Sequence record: OZ413489.1 | DNA: 64,000 nucleotides | Strand: one strand, 5' to 3' | Origin: a phage | Shown here: positions 1 through 9,080 of the stretch, piece by piece | Layout: every line of letters begins with the position of its first letter | Position numbering within the stretch: the stretch's first letter is position 1 | Translations under genes and position numbers: made by a program | Notes under the pieces: generated by a model | Databases searched by the model: none | Told to the model about the DNA's origin: nothing | The model's input: only the letters and a program-made list of their open reading frames with translations

Positions 1-258
1 CTCTGGGATGCCAACCCAGGTCTTAAGGGGCGCAAAGAGGATCTGGAGAAATTCTGGGAAGCAACAGGTAAGAAGTTTATCTACTCTTTTGATGGTCATG
101 CTATCTGGACCCGATCTAAACACTCTTTACTTAATGCATACCAACAAAATGGCGGTGCATCGTTGTGTGACTTAGTTGGAATACTCATGCACCACCAGAT
201 GGTGAAGCGTGGGTGGTACGATGAAGGTGTTCGTCGTATTATTTATTACCATAAATAA
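1..258 (+). CDS. hypothetical protein (5'-truncated at window edge)
   Basis: Open frame 1 from window start to TAA at 256-258; same strand as downstream array. Confidence 0.5.
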   Translation, partial: LWDANPGLKGRKEDLEKFWEATGKKFIYSFDGHAIWTRSKHSLLNAYQQNGGASLCDLVGILMHHQMVKRGWYDEGVRRIIYYHK

Positions 259-282
259 CATTGTGGCTTCATAGAGTAATCT

Positions 283-441
283 ATGTCGAATAACCTCTTT
301 AACTGCGGGAAGCCTAAACCTTATGGCAAGGTAATCCGCAACGAAGCGCTCAAAAGAGCGAACGCTCAGAGGCCATTCCGAAAGGAAGTAGACCAGCAAG
401 TGCGGTCGAAATGGGAGGATTCCTGTGGTTGCTTATCATAG
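283..441 (+). CDS. small Cys-containing hypothetical protein (52 aa)
   Basis: ATG 283, weak RBS; not in ORF track (<60 aa). Confidence 0.25.
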   Translation: MSNNLFNCGKPKPYGKVIRNEALKRANAQRPFRKEVDQQVRSKWEDSCGCLS

Positions 442-525
442 GAATATGAGATGGTCCGATCCTACGTGAAAACGTATGGCTATGCACGTAATGGTGCGGG
501 GTAGCTTAACGACCTACCTGAACTA

Positions 526-882
526 TTGGATGAGTACCAACTTCAAGTGCCTGACACACCGAAGTATAAGACTGTGTACACCTTCGACACAATTGAAGAA
601 CTGGAAGCATTTAAGGCAGAGCAGGAAGCCAAACTTCATGTGTTCGACGGTCATAAGTACAAAAAGGCACGCAAGGATGAGGACGGAAACGAAGTGGTTG
701 ACAGAGACGGAAACACGGTGTACGATCCTATCCTGAACGATGACGGAAAGCTTGAACTTATCTGGAGCCCTGTGGGTGAAATGGTGGTACATTGCTTCTG
801 GCAAGCTTCTAAAATGATGGGAGTCCCGTTCCAGATCACAGGTGAATACTTGTGTGGTCGTAATTGGGGTGATTGTCACTAA
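526..882 (+). CDS. hypothetical protein
   Basis: 118-aa ORF, protein-like composition. Confidence 0.6.
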   Translation: MDEYQLQVPDTPKYKTVYTFDTIEELEAFKAEQEAKLHVFDGHKYKKARKDEDGNEVVDRDGNTVYDPILNDDGKLELIWSPVGEMVVHCFWQASKMMGVPFQITGEYLCGRNWGDCH

Positions 883-931
883 TGTAAACTATCAACACAT
901 GGAAGTGTTGTTGAGCAAAGAGGAGACTTTT

Positions 932-1216
932 ATGGTAGTAGAACCAACAAAAACATTTACATCCATGACTATCCCTGTTATTATGCAGGTGGAGTGTGTT
1001 CAGGTATCTCAAGTGTGGCCTGGCACCAAAATCCCAACAGGGCCTGATTTCTTTCAGGTTGGGAAAGTGTACAATGTCTGGAAGGCACCAGATTGTTACC
1101 CTTTCATTAAAGATGACCGTGGGATGCTGTGGTACCTTGGAAATGACTTGACACTGCACCTTGGGAATACTATTATTGCAGTATTCAGACTTAACAAGAA
1201 GGAGACCGATCAATGA
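932..1216 (+). CDS. hypothetical protein
   Basis: ATG 932 preceded by aggag RBS; track ORF 842..1216 probably over-extended. Confidence 0.55.
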   Translation: MVVEPTKTFTSMTIPVIMQVECVQVSQVWPGTKIPTGPDFFQVGKVYNVWKAPDCYPFIKDDRGMLWYLGNDLTLHLGNTIIAVFRLNKKETDQ

Positions 1217-1440
1217 CGACTTTGGTTAAAGCTACCTTTGTAGAAGAAAAGATGACAGACCTGTCATTCTTTAAAGAAGGAAAGACCTACGAGGTTTATT
1301 ACGATAAAGCTCGTGCAAACAAAATGATTAAAGACGAGGAAGGGGTTGCCTGGTATATCTCTCACCTGGCAAACGGTGAGTATCATATCTACGGAACCAC
1401 TTTGCTTGCCAAGTTTGTAGTTGTTGAAGAGGACCTATGA
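1213..1440 (+). CDS. hypothetical protein
   Basis: 75-aa ORF, start overlaps upstream stop (ATGA coupling). Confidence 0.6.
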   Translation: MTTLVKATFVEEKMTDLSFFKEGKTYEVYYDKARANKMIKDEEGVAWYISHLANGEYHIYGTTLLAKFVVVEEDL

Positions 1441-1631
1441 AAGTAAAGTATCTTGCTGAAGGTATGAATAGGTATTTTACCCTTGGTGAAGAATATTGGC
1501 CCTTTACAAACAACGGCGATGTCTACGTGAAAGATAATTTCGGCACGCCGTGGTTTCTGCACTCTAATGGGCTGGGATACTCCATTTACTGCGGTGCAGT
1601 GAACAACACAACTCTTGCAGAGTTCGTTTAG
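1437..1631 (+). CDS. hypothetical protein
   Basis: 64-aa ORF, translationally coupled. Confidence 0.55.
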   Translation: MKVKYLAEGMNRYFTLGEEYWPFTNNGDVYVKDNFGTPWFLHSNGLGYSIYCGAVNNTTLAEFV

Positions 1632-1641
1632 AGGAGGTAGG

Positions 1642-2013
1642 ATGTTAGTAAAAGGTACCCACACAGTCAAACAACGTATTGAAGTTGAGATTGATGATTG
1701 TGAGCTGAAGCATATTTTACGGTCATGCTCCAACGTTTTGCTCCTTAGTATTCTTCAGGAGCGAGCGGAGAACGAGTTCTTAAATGCATTGGCAGGCCGT
1801 CCCGGTGACTTCTGTGTGCGTAAGCGTGGTGACAACAAGTCGTGGTTGTGGGAGATCGATGCCGACTGGGATTACCACAAAAATGAGGGTATAGATGAGC
1901 CTATTCGTGAACTGACGGACAAAGAGATTCAGATGTACAATGAAGTTTGTCATTGGGCAACACGCCAACAAATTTACCTAGACCCTGTGTGGCTGATTGA
2001 AAATAGTCGTTGA
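1642..2013 (+). CDS. hypothetical protein
   Basis: ATG 1642 after GAGGAGG RBS. Confidence 0.6.
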   Translation: MLVKGTHTVKQRIEVEIDDCELKHILRSCSNVLLLSILQERAENEFLNALAGRPGDFCVRKRGDNKSWLWEIDADWDYHKNEGIDEPIRELTDKEIQMYNEVCHWATRQQIYLDPVWLIENSR

Positions 2014-2038
2014 CAAGAAGTAAGGCTAGATGTAAGAT
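2010..2038 (+). promoter_or_regulatory. sigma70-like promoter (ttgaca-17-taagat)
   Basis: -35 ttgaca at 2010-2015, -10 at 2033-2038; upstream aaatagtcgttgaca motif shared with 10591-10604. Confidence 0.55.
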
Positions 2039-2089
2039 ACTCCCCACAAACAGAGTATTGATTGTTAAATAATTAAGGAGACCTCTAAG

Positions 2090-2344
2090 ATGAAAATCAT
2101 GTTGAAACCAGAATGCGTTGCAAACGACCGAGCTTTTAAAGATTGCACACTTGGCGCTACTTATGAAGCAGAGTTTTGTGAGAACCCTTTGGTAAAAGCC
2201 CTTTTGGAAGAAGGGGCCCCTCTATCACAAGAAGAGCTTGATGAGCTGGAAAACTCAGCACAGTGCCTTACCTTTAAAGATGATGAAGGAGACTCTGTCT
2301 GGTGCACTGTTAATGAAGTAGTTTTTGTAAAACCTGAACATTAA
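2090..2344 (+). CDS. hypothetical protein, paralog of 2408..2668
   Basis: RBS aaggaga; shares DRAFKDCT / DSAFRDCT with next gene. Confidence 0.65.
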   Translation: MKIMLKPECVANDRAFKDCTLGATYEAEFCENPLVKALLEEGAPLSQEELDELENSAQCLTFKDDEGDSVWCTVNEVVFVKPEH

Positions 2345-2347
2345 TAC

Positions 2348-2376
2348 TTGACAACAGTGATGGGGCCTAATATAAT
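2348..2376 (+). promoter_or_regulatory. sigma70-like promoter (ttgaca-17-tataat)
   Basis: Consensus hexamers at 2348-2353 and 2371-2376. Confidence 0.6.
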
Positions 2377-2407
2377 GGCCCTATCAAAACGAAAGGGGAC
2401 CACAGCA

Positions 2408-2668
2408 ATGACCAAACAATATCAACGAATTAAAGCCAAGGTTAAGCCAGACTATCTGGAGAAAGACTCTGCTTTTCGGGACTGCACAGCCGACAAAGTT
2501 TACACAGGGGCTGTCCTGTTGAACGATAAACTTGAAGTAGATGTGCTGGGTAAAGAGGCCGTTATCGAGGATGACAACGGTGACTGGGTTTTCTGCACCA
2601 CACGAGAGCTAGAAGTCTTAGAATATTTCGGTGAAATCTTCAACTCCTTAGACGACGAGGAAGCGTGA
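2408..2668 (+). CDS. hypothetical protein, paralog of 2090..2344
   Basis: ATG 2408 downstream of promoter; track start 2348 lies inside the promoter. Confidence 0.6.
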   Translation: MTKQYQRIKAKVKPDYLEKDSAFRDCTADKVYTGAVLLNDKLEVDVLGKEAVIEDDNGDWVFCTTRELEVLEYFGEIFNSLDDEEA

Positions 2669-3057
2669 TGAAAAATATTTGGGATATCGATATCTTTGAA
2701 GCCTCTAAGCTTGACGGTGCTGATGGAGTGATTATGGTGTCTGATGGCAAGGCAACACTAACTTCCGGAGATATCATCTATGCCTTGGACGAGCTGGCGC
2801 TTCTGAAATCTACCGGTAACACTTTGGAGGAGCGTCTTCAAGGATTCGCTTTCAAAGAAGGTACAAATACAGCCATGATGTGCACCACACGGACAGTTCA
2901 GGTTGGTAACGGTGTCTATATGATTATTGCTGTGTGTCCTAAATTCAGCAACGTCAACAAAGATGATGCTGACGCGGTCAACGATGTGGTTGTTCTCTTC
3001 GTGGGTGACGCTATGGCAGATCTGATGAATGCAGGAGAAGCAGCAAATGAAGACTGA
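2665..3057 (+). CDS. hypothetical protein
   Basis: 130-aa ORF, coupled start. Confidence 0.6.
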   Translation: MMKNIWDIDIFEASKLDGADGVIMVSDGKATLTSGDIIYALDELALLKSTGNTLEERLQGFAFKEGTNTAMMCTTRTVQVGNGVYMIIAVCPKFSNVNKDDADAVNDVVVLFVGDAMADLMNAGEAANED

Positions 3058-3349
3058 AAACATCACCCCAGCAGGGTTCTTAAAAGTATACCGTGAACTG
3101 CTATATACTACAGAGGACAGTGTTCTAGAGTATCCAGAATATCTTTTGCTGTATAAGTATCTGCAGGAGGCTGGTGAAAATCTGCCAGTTAGTGCAGAAG
3201 GTGGTCCAAACTGGATATACAGCGCATGGAGAAAGGTTGACATTCTCCCAGACCCAGGTAAAGATATGGTAGTTTGGCAGCTTATCAACAACATCGGGAT
3301 TCCAATCTTTGATGAAGCTGTTAAAATCTATTTTGAACTTGACGATTAA
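3047..3349 (+). CDS. hypothetical protein
   Basis: ATG 3047 with ggagaag RBS; in frame with track ORF 3029. Confidence 0.55.
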   Translation: MKTENITPAGFLKVYRELLYTTEDSVLEYPEYLLLYKYLQEAGENLPVSAEGGPNWIYSAWRKVDILPDPGKDMVVWQLINNIGIPIFDEAVKIYFELDD

Positions 3350-3366
3350 TATCAGGAGACCTTAAG

Positions 3367-3612
3367 ATGACTGAAGCAGTTGCTCGCGCAGGACAGAAAG
3401 TACGTTGTGTTGAAGTAGGTTTTGGTGGCAAAGGGTGTCAAAACTTGACTCAAGGTAAGGAATACGCTGTTATCTCTGGGGGTGGAGACGAAAGTATTGT
3501 GTTCGAGGGCCACATCCTGGATGCTGAAAACTTTGAAATCTTTGACGACGATGGGGACCCGATCACCTGCCTGCTGGACGGGAATTGGGGAACTTTCGAA
3601 GTGATTGGCTAA
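3367..3612 (+). CDS. hypothetical protein
   Basis: RBS caggagacc upstream. Confidence 0.6.
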   Translation: MTEAVARAGQKVRCVEVGFGGKGCQNLTQGKEYAVISGGGDESIVFEGHILDAENFEIFDDDGDPITCLLDGNWGTFEVIG

Positions 3613-3695
3613 CAAATACCTATTGTAATTTACAGAAGGGGATGCTAAAATAGTGTCTCCTTCTATGTTGTTCAAATAAAATCGGAGATTCCATA

Positions 3696-4061
3696 ATGGA
3701 ACAAATGAACGATCAAGCGTCGGTTGCGATGAACGAGCAAGAACAACCTCAAGAATTTTTCTTAGGGTTAAGTAAAGATCAAGTGTCTCTTCTGCTAGTG
3801 CTTTCTTCTTTCATGGGAAGACTTCAGGAGCTTACACAACAGCCAGAGGCTGAACAATTATTCCAGGCTCTGCGTGAAGAAGAAAAATATCGTCGTTTGG
3901 ACTATGCCTTAGGTTGGGTAGCTCAACAACGAGATATGCTGATGGCCCTCTCTGGGACCACAAGTTTTGCAATGGGCCTGTTGGCTCAAGTTCAGGACAA
4001 ATTAATTCAAGCAGGGTTTGCACACACGGCAAACACTAACGAAGAACAAGGAGATAAATAA
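3696..4061 (+). CDS. hypothetical protein
   Basis: 121-aa ORF. Confidence 0.6.
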   Translation: MEQMNDQASVAMNEQEQPQEFFLGLSKDQVSLLLVLSSFMGRLQELTQQPEAEQLFQALREEEKYRRLDYALGWVAQQRDMLMALSGTTSFAMGLLAQVQDKLIQAGFAHTANTNEEQGDK

Positions 4062-5287
4062 TGAGCGTTATTCAACAATTCGCTAACCCGATGAATCCGC
4101 GTGAAACTGTTTTACTAGCTCACGGCATGATTAAACGTGTCAGCATCAAGCCTATCAAAGGTGCTGATCCTACAACAGGTATTAAAACCACTGTGTGGCA
4201 AGGTAAGAAAATTGAATCCAGCCACACCATCTCTTTACTGATTTCTGAACTGGATTCCTCTGATAACCTACTTCAAGGTGGTGAAGAAGTTTGGATCAGT
4301 ATGGGCGATAAGCTGCTTAAACCAGGTCATCAAGACTCTGTCTCTGTTAAAATTGATGACAAGTGGGAAACCGTAACGCCAGGATGGATCGTAAATATCC
4401 CTTTGAAGGCAAACGAGCATAACGGTAAGACCTACTACAAAGGCTCACTGGCTAAGATGGTTAAGCTGGGTGCAGGAGAGGCTCCAGCAGCGACTCAGCA
4501 GCAAAAACAGCAACAAGGTGCACAATCACAAGGCCAGAAGCAGAAACCTCAGCAGAATGCCAATCAGGACGTTTTACGCATCTATGGTGATGTGACTCAG
4601 ATTGTTGGCAACGTGGTTACTGTTAATGACCACAAGATTGGCGAAGGTGCTATGGTTGTCACTGATGAGCAGCTTAAAGACCTGGTGGTAGGTGGTCGTG
4701 TTGCAGCCATTGTTGACAAAGACACCGGAAACATTATCAGTGGCTTCAAGGCCTATCCTCCTAAGGCAGAGAACGGCACTCAAGGCTCTGGTGGCAAGCG
4801 TAAATCCTCTTACGACCCTATCGGTGTGGAGACGGGACATAGCATCAATGCGTTGCAGATCATCCTGGATCGCGGGTTTAAGGTGGACGACCCACTAGGC
4901 GTGGCTAAAACACTGCACGTAGTCACCATTGAGCTTAAGAAAGAGTATGCTCAAGCCACCAACCGAACTGAAGATGAAGTAGGTGCCAGTGTCGGCAATG
5001 CGGTGTTGAACGCTTGTCGCCGTATTGACAAGAAAACGAAAGTTGATGATTTTGCAGCGGCAATTACTGCAGAAGCAAAAGATGTCTTGACTAATCTGGC
5101 TGAGCCGTTGTACGATTGGATCAAGAACGGTGCTGGGTCCACTGACCATCAAGAACCTCAAGCTGCCAAACAGGAAGCAGCTCCACAGCAAAACACTGTA
5201 GACGCTCCTCCTGTAAATGACGAGGAAGATGACCCGATGGATCAGAATCCAGCACAGTATGAGTTCGATGACTCGATCCCTTTCTGA
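4061..5287 (+). CDS. SSB-like protein (Gln-rich linker, C-terminal acidic tail ...YEFDDSIPF)
   Basis: C-terminal DDSIPF resembles the bacterial SSB tail (DFDDDIPF); Q-rich low-complexity linker; N-terminal fold not verifiable by eye. Confidence 0.55.
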   Translation: MSVIQQFANPMNPRETVLLAHGMIKRVSIKPIKGADPTTGIKTTVWQGKKIESSHTISLLISELDSSDNLLQGGEEVWISMGDKLLKPGHQDSVSVKIDDKWETVTPGWIVNIPLKANEHNGKTYYKGSLAKMVKLGAGEAPAATQQQKQQQGAQSQGQKQKPQQNANQDVLRIYGDVTQIVGNVVTVNDHKIGEGAMVVTDEQLKDLVVGGRVAAIVDKDTGNIISGFKAYPPKAENGTQGSGGKRKSSYDPIGVETGHSINALQIILDRGFKVDDPLGVAKTLHVVTIELKKEYAQATNRTEDEVGASVGNAVLNACRRIDKKTKVDDFAAAITAEAKDVLTNLAEPLYDWIKNGAGSTDHQEPQAAKQEAAPQQNTVDAPPVNDEEDDPMDQNPAQYEFDDSIPF

Positions 5288-5295
5288 GGTCAGTT

Positions 5296-5874
5296 ATGAA
5301 ATGCAAACGTTGTGGAGAGGACAAGGAGGCCTCCGACTTCTACACCAGTAACAAATCAACGTGCAAAGAGTGTTGCAAGAAGGCCAGCAGGGAGGCTGAC
5401 CAATTTGCTAAAGACTCTTCAGAAAAAGGTGTAATACGTGTGTTGTACAAGGCTCAAAAGTGCAACAGCAAGCAAAGAGGTCACCCTCCTCCGACTTACA
5501 CCAAAAAAGAGTTTAAGGAGTGGCTATACCTTAACGGTTACAAAGAGTTGTATGATCAGTGGGTAGCCAGCGGATACGACAAAAGGAAAAAGCCTTCTTG
5601 TGACAGGATAGATGATTTCAAAGGGTACTCTTTTGATAATATCCGTTTAACGACTTGGGGAGAAAATAAAGACAAGCAGACAGAGGATATTCTGTTACAT
5701 AGAAGCACCAGCGGTAGACGGTGCAAAAATGTAAGGAGGTTGGACATGAATGGTAACGTTCTTAAAGAATGGGTATCTCACAACTCTTGTAGCAGAGAAA
5801 CCGGAATATATATTGGTTACTACATTCATGAAAAAATTCCAGCTCCAGATGGATACTTATACGAATACTTTTAA
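5296..5874 (+). CDS. Cys-rich protein with HNH_3-like domain (DRID in place of DHID)
   Basis: N-terminal CxxC...CxxCC; SCDRIDDFKGYSFDNIRLTTWGENK resembles HNH_3 but catalytic His position is Arg. Confidence 0.45.
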   Translation: MKCKRCGEDKEASDFYTSNKSTCKECCKKASREADQFAKDSSEKGVIRVLYKAQKCNSKQRGHPPPTYTKKEFKEWLYLNGYKELYDQWVASGYDKRKKPSCDRIDDFKGYSFDNIRLTTWGENKDKQTEDILLHRSTSGRRCKNVRRLDMNGNVLKEWVSHNSCSRETGIYIGYYIHEKIPAPDGYLYEYF

Positions 5875-5890
5875 CACATAACTAACATAG

Positions 5891-5917
5891 CCCTGCCCGA
5901 AAGGGTGGGGCATTTTT
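5891..5917 (+). terminator. putative intrinsic terminator
   Basis: ccctgccc-gaaa-gggtgggg hairpin followed by T-run. Confidence 0.45.
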
Positions 5918-5936
5918 GTATAAGGAGATCTGAAAA

Positions 5937-6353
5937 ATGACATTAGAAGATATCATTGTTAAACCTGAGAACTATGACCAATACAACCTGTCAACTCAAT
6001 CTGTAGACCTTGGATGCGCCACAGTTAGTGCGTGGCTGGTTAATGGAAAAGAGCTGGACAAGTGCTTAGAAGCTCACATGTCTGTTAACAAGTTTCTGGA
6101 TGAAAATACTCACTGGCTTGAGGGTGCTGGAGTATATGCTTCATGGTTGGAGAGCATGGGCTTTGACTATCAATCTGATGAAGGGTGGTGGAGCTATCTG
6201 GCTATCTGTCCAGAAACACTGCAATGCTTCATGAAATACTCTGAAGATCTTGAGTACCGAGCGGTGGTTGATAGTGCTATTGCCCGTTATAGCCGTAAAC
6301 CTTTTTCCCATGACATTAAAACTGTGGAAGAATTTGTTGAAGTTTTCTGTTGA
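5937..6353 (+). CDS. hypothetical protein
   Basis: 138-aa ORF. Confidence 0.6.
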   Translation: MTLEDIIVKPENYDQYNLSTQSVDLGCATVSAWLVNGKELDKCLEAHMSVNKFLDENTHWLEGAGVYASWLESMGFDYQSDEGWWSYLAICPETLQCFMKYSEDLEYRAVVDSAIARYSRKPFSHDIKTVEEFVEVFC

Positions 6354-6449
6354 CACAGGTTGAAAGGTGTGCAATTATAACTTCATAAAACGGGAGGACG
6401 CGATGAACGAAGAAAACTGGGATGTATAACTAACAGGAGACCACTGCCC

Positions 6450-6647
6450 ATGATTTATCGAATCCGTGTAAGAGAAGATGCACCAGGCTGTTACTTTGAC
6501 TGGCGTGGGTGGTGGTTTCTCCACCCGATGGATGGACTCACAGATAGAATGCTGGATGCTGCCCTTTATACAGATACCGACATAGAATATAATCTTTATC
6601 TGAAGGACGGTATAGATAACGGCCTATTTGAAGCAATTCCTGTGTAA
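6450..6647 (+). CDS. hypothetical protein
   Basis: 65-aa ORF. Confidence 0.5.
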   Translation: MIYRIRVREDAPGCYFDWRGWWFLHPMDGLTDRMLDAALYTDTDIEYNLYLKDGIDNGLFEAIPV

Positions 6648-6715
6648 GAGACTGCGATAGCCATGTTTTATGATCTTCCTGTAGCACCACCACCTATTGA
6701 ACCCGGAGAACCAAG

Positions 6716-7135
6716 ATGATCTATGAAATGCCAAAATTGATCCGTGACGATGCCCAAAACCACACCATTATTATGGGTAAACGCATGAATATCCTTTGCC
6801 GTAACGATTTCTGTGGTGGAGAATACGTTGCAGACTACTTCGGTGAGAATGGTAAACACCCTGTTCAGTTCTTCCTTGACCATGAGGATAACATTATCTG
6901 GGAGTTTGAAACTGAAGATATCCGCAACCTCTTCATCTTCCTCGGTGTCAAGGTTAAGGCCAATTTCGCAGAAGGTGAGTGCGACGATTGTGGATTTTAT
7001 GAGGTGACAGACTTTTATCTCCCGAGTGGCAAGAACCTTTACTATGAGAGTCACTTCGGAAACACCAACATGCCTCAAAGCTGGGAAGAATTTTTCAGTA
7101 TCGTAGAAGAGGAGCTGGCATACCGTGATTATTGA
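6716..7135 (+). CDS. hypothetical protein
   Basis: 139-aa ORF, overlaps start of macro-domain gene (operon). Confidence 0.6.
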   Translation: MIYEMPKLIRDDAQNHTIIMGKRMNILCRNDFCGGEYVADYFGENGKHPVQFFLDHEDNIIWEFETEDIRNLFIFLGVKVKANFAEGECDDCGFYEVTDFYLPSGKNLYYESHFGNTNMPQSWEEFFSIVEEELAYRDY

Positions 7136-7583
7136 TACTGTAAAGGGAGATTTAATCTCCCTTTTTAAGAGCGGTGCTGGTCACCTGATCCACGGTTGTA
7201 ACTGCTTCCACACAATGGGTAAAGGTATAGCAAAACAGATTGCCCGTGAGTTCCCTCAAGCATTGGCAGCCGACAAAGAGACGAGACACGGTTGCCTAAG
7301 TAAACTGGGTGCGTTCTCCCGATGGGAGCACTTATCTCCGATAGGTATTGTCTACGGAATCAATCTGTATACTCAGTTCTACCCAGGGCCTAATGCTGAA
7401 TATTTCTCAATCCTGAAAGGCTTTGAGCTAGTCAATGAGGTATTCAAGGGATCGACTTTACCATTCTACATCCCTAAGATCGGGTGCGGCATAGGCGGTT
7501 TGAAGTGGGAGCACGTAGAGGACGTTATTAACCTCGCCACTTTTGATATAGATATTATCGTGGTGGAGTACAAAGAGTGTTGA
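7125..7583 (+). CDS. macro-domain protein (ADP-ribose binding / O-acetyl-ADP-ribose deacetylase family)
   Basis: GHLIHGCNCFHTMGKGIAKQI and IGCGIGG match macro-domain signatures; GTG start. Confidence 0.7.
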   Translation: MIIDTVKGDLISLFKSGAGHLIHGCNCFHTMGKGIAKQIAREFPQALAADKETRHGCLSKLGAFSRWEHLSPIGIVYGINLYTQFYPGPNAEYFSILKGFELVNEVFKGSTLPFYIPKIGCGIGGLKWEHVEDVINLATFDIDIIVVEYKEC

Positions 7584-7609
7584 CAGCTGGCTTTTGAGAT
7601 GGTATAGTC
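7580..7609 (+). promoter_or_regulatory. sigma70-like promoter (ttgaca-18-tatagt)
   Basis: Hexamers at 7580-7585 and 7604-7609. Confidence 0.5.
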
Positions 7610-7636
7610 ACCACAACGATTGAGAGAGGGAGCACT

Positions 7637-7837
7637 ATGGAGACTAAAATCTTAATTCTGGCTGTGATAGATACGACCGAAGGGGCCGTGTTCGAATCTG
7701 CAGGAGGGTATTTCTACCTGCCCTACGGAAAAAGAACTTCCGAACCGAGTAAAGATTCAATCCTTAAAGTGTTCCCTTGTGCTTTCTGGCTGGAGATTCT
7801 GGTAGAAGATTGCAGAGGATTGGGGAGAGAATTATGA
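7637..7837 (+). CDS. hypothetical protein
   Basis: 66-aa ORF. Confidence 0.5.
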   Translation: METKILILAVIDTTEGAVFESAGGYFYLPYGKRTSEPSKDSILKVFPCAFWLEILVEDCRGLGREL

Positions 7838-8028
7838 GAAACAAGAAAGAGCTTTACTCTGGCGAGTGGATCAACGATCAACAGGTCGGAGAGGTAACCT
7901 GCTTCCGATGTTTTACCAGGTACAATCTTAAAACTGCACCAAAAAGTGTTCCAAAGACTGATGGTTATTATATAAAAGAACCTCATTGCCCAAAATGTAA
8001 ATGCCGATTGTACTGGAGCAATCTGTAA
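7834..8028 (+). CDS. zinc-ribbon protein (CxxC...CxxC)
   Basis: ATG 7834 after ggggagag RBS; CFRC...CPKCKC. Confidence 0.5.
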   Translation: MRNKKELYSGEWINDQQVGEVTCFRCFTRYNLKTAPKSVPKTDGYYIKEPHCPKCKCRLYWSNL

Positions 8029-8041
8029 GAGGTTGACATCT

Positions 8042-8069
8042 GAAAACTGCAGTGTATAATATACGCATA
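8042..8069 (+). promoter_or_regulatory. sigma70-like promoter with extended -10 (ttgaca-16-tgtgtataat)
   Basis: Consensus hexamers. Confidence 0.6.
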
Positions 8070-8091
8070 AACTAACAGAGAGCGATGTATT

Positions 8092-8283
8092 ATGGTAATT
8101 TTTAACCGGGATGGTATCATAGTTAGACAGCACCCGTTCCTTGAATACTATCAAATTGAGCAATGGTGCTACGGGGATTGCAGTCACTCCTATGGGCAAA
8201 GTTGGGGATACCGTACAGTTTTTGAATCCACAGACCTTGACAAAGTAAGACAGAAAGTTTTAGAACTTATTAACAACAAGTGA
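8092..8283 (+). CDS. hypothetical protein
   Basis: 63-aa ORF downstream of promoter. Confidence 0.5.
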   Translation: MVIFNRDGIIVRQHPFLEYYQIEQWCYGDCSHSYGQSWGYRTVFESTDLDKVRQKVLELINNK

Positions 8284-8290
8284 GTATGAT

Positions 8291-8623
8291 ATGGTAACAT
8301 TAGAAAGACGTAAAGCTATTGCCGCCACACTGGCAGACATCTTTTGGGATTGTAATTTAAAATCTACCCGAAATTGTGGCGCATCTGTAGATGTATTATT
8401 CCCACGGCCTACTATTGTTGCAATGGGCAACCTTCTTGATGTGGTATATGGAGCATGGGACAAGGAAGGTGGATTCTATATCTGGCAACCTGACTACGGG
8501 ACTTGGAAAGAGGTTAGTGGTTCTACGGACTTCACTCCTGCAGTGGCTAAAATGGATGGCTGGAAAATCTATGTCGGTAACGACATGGAACTGAAAGGCG
8601 AAATTGTTTACTGGTTACCTTAA
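8291..8623 (+). CDS. hypothetical protein
   Basis: 110-aa ORF. Confidence 0.6.
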   Translation: MVTLERRKAIAATLADIFWDCNLKSTRNCGASVDVLFPRPTIVAMGNLLDVVYGAWDKEGGFYIWQPDYGTWKEVSGSTDFTPAVAKMDGWKIYVGNDMELKGEIVYWLP

Positions 8624-8644
8624 GAGAATGCAGGAGATAAAGTT

Positions 8645-8890
8645 ATGAACAAAGGGTGGACATTTGTAGACGGCGTTAAAAACATGCCTCTAGGAAAGTA
8701 TATTGTAGCCATGGCTGATGAGGATGGCAATGTGGATTTCGGAGCTTGCGAGGTTGTTCTTGCAGGATCTGGTAACTATGTGGACAAAACCGGGATAATT
8801 AACGGTCAGTTCTACTTTGATCACAACCCTGTTGTAGCGTATATGGCTATGCCAGAGTTTAAGTTCCCAAAGGATGGTGCTGATGTTTAA
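8645..8890 (+). CDS. hypothetical protein
   Basis: 81-aa ORF, RBS gcaggaga. Confidence 0.55.
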   Translation: MNKGWTFVDGVKNMPLGKYIVAMADEDGNVDFGACEVVLAGSGNYVDKTGIINGQFYFDHNPVVAYMAMPEFKFPKDGADV

Positions 8891-9080
8891 GCTTAAATCC
8901 GCATGGAGCATTGCTGTGGGTGATGAGATCCGTATCCCCGGTGGGAAGACCATTATGAAGATATCTCGTATTGAGTACGAAGGTGACCGTGTATTCCACA
9001 TCTTCGCAGAAGATGGTCGAGAAATTTATATACAGGCAGGTTCTCACATTTATATCCGTAAGAAAGGGGACGACAAATGA
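8874..9080 (+). CDS. hypothetical protein
   Basis: 68-aa ORF. Confidence 0.5.
   Translation: MVLMFKLKSAWSIAVGDEIRIPGGKTIMKISRIEYEGDRVFHIFAEDGREIYIQAGSHIYIRKKGDDK

Noticed and set aside
4574-5191. Antisense and alternative-frame ORFs inside the SSB-like gene (4574..4840, 4692..4898, 4895..5191, 4951..5142)
   Set aside because: Fully contained within a long, well-supported CDS; typical shadow ORFs.
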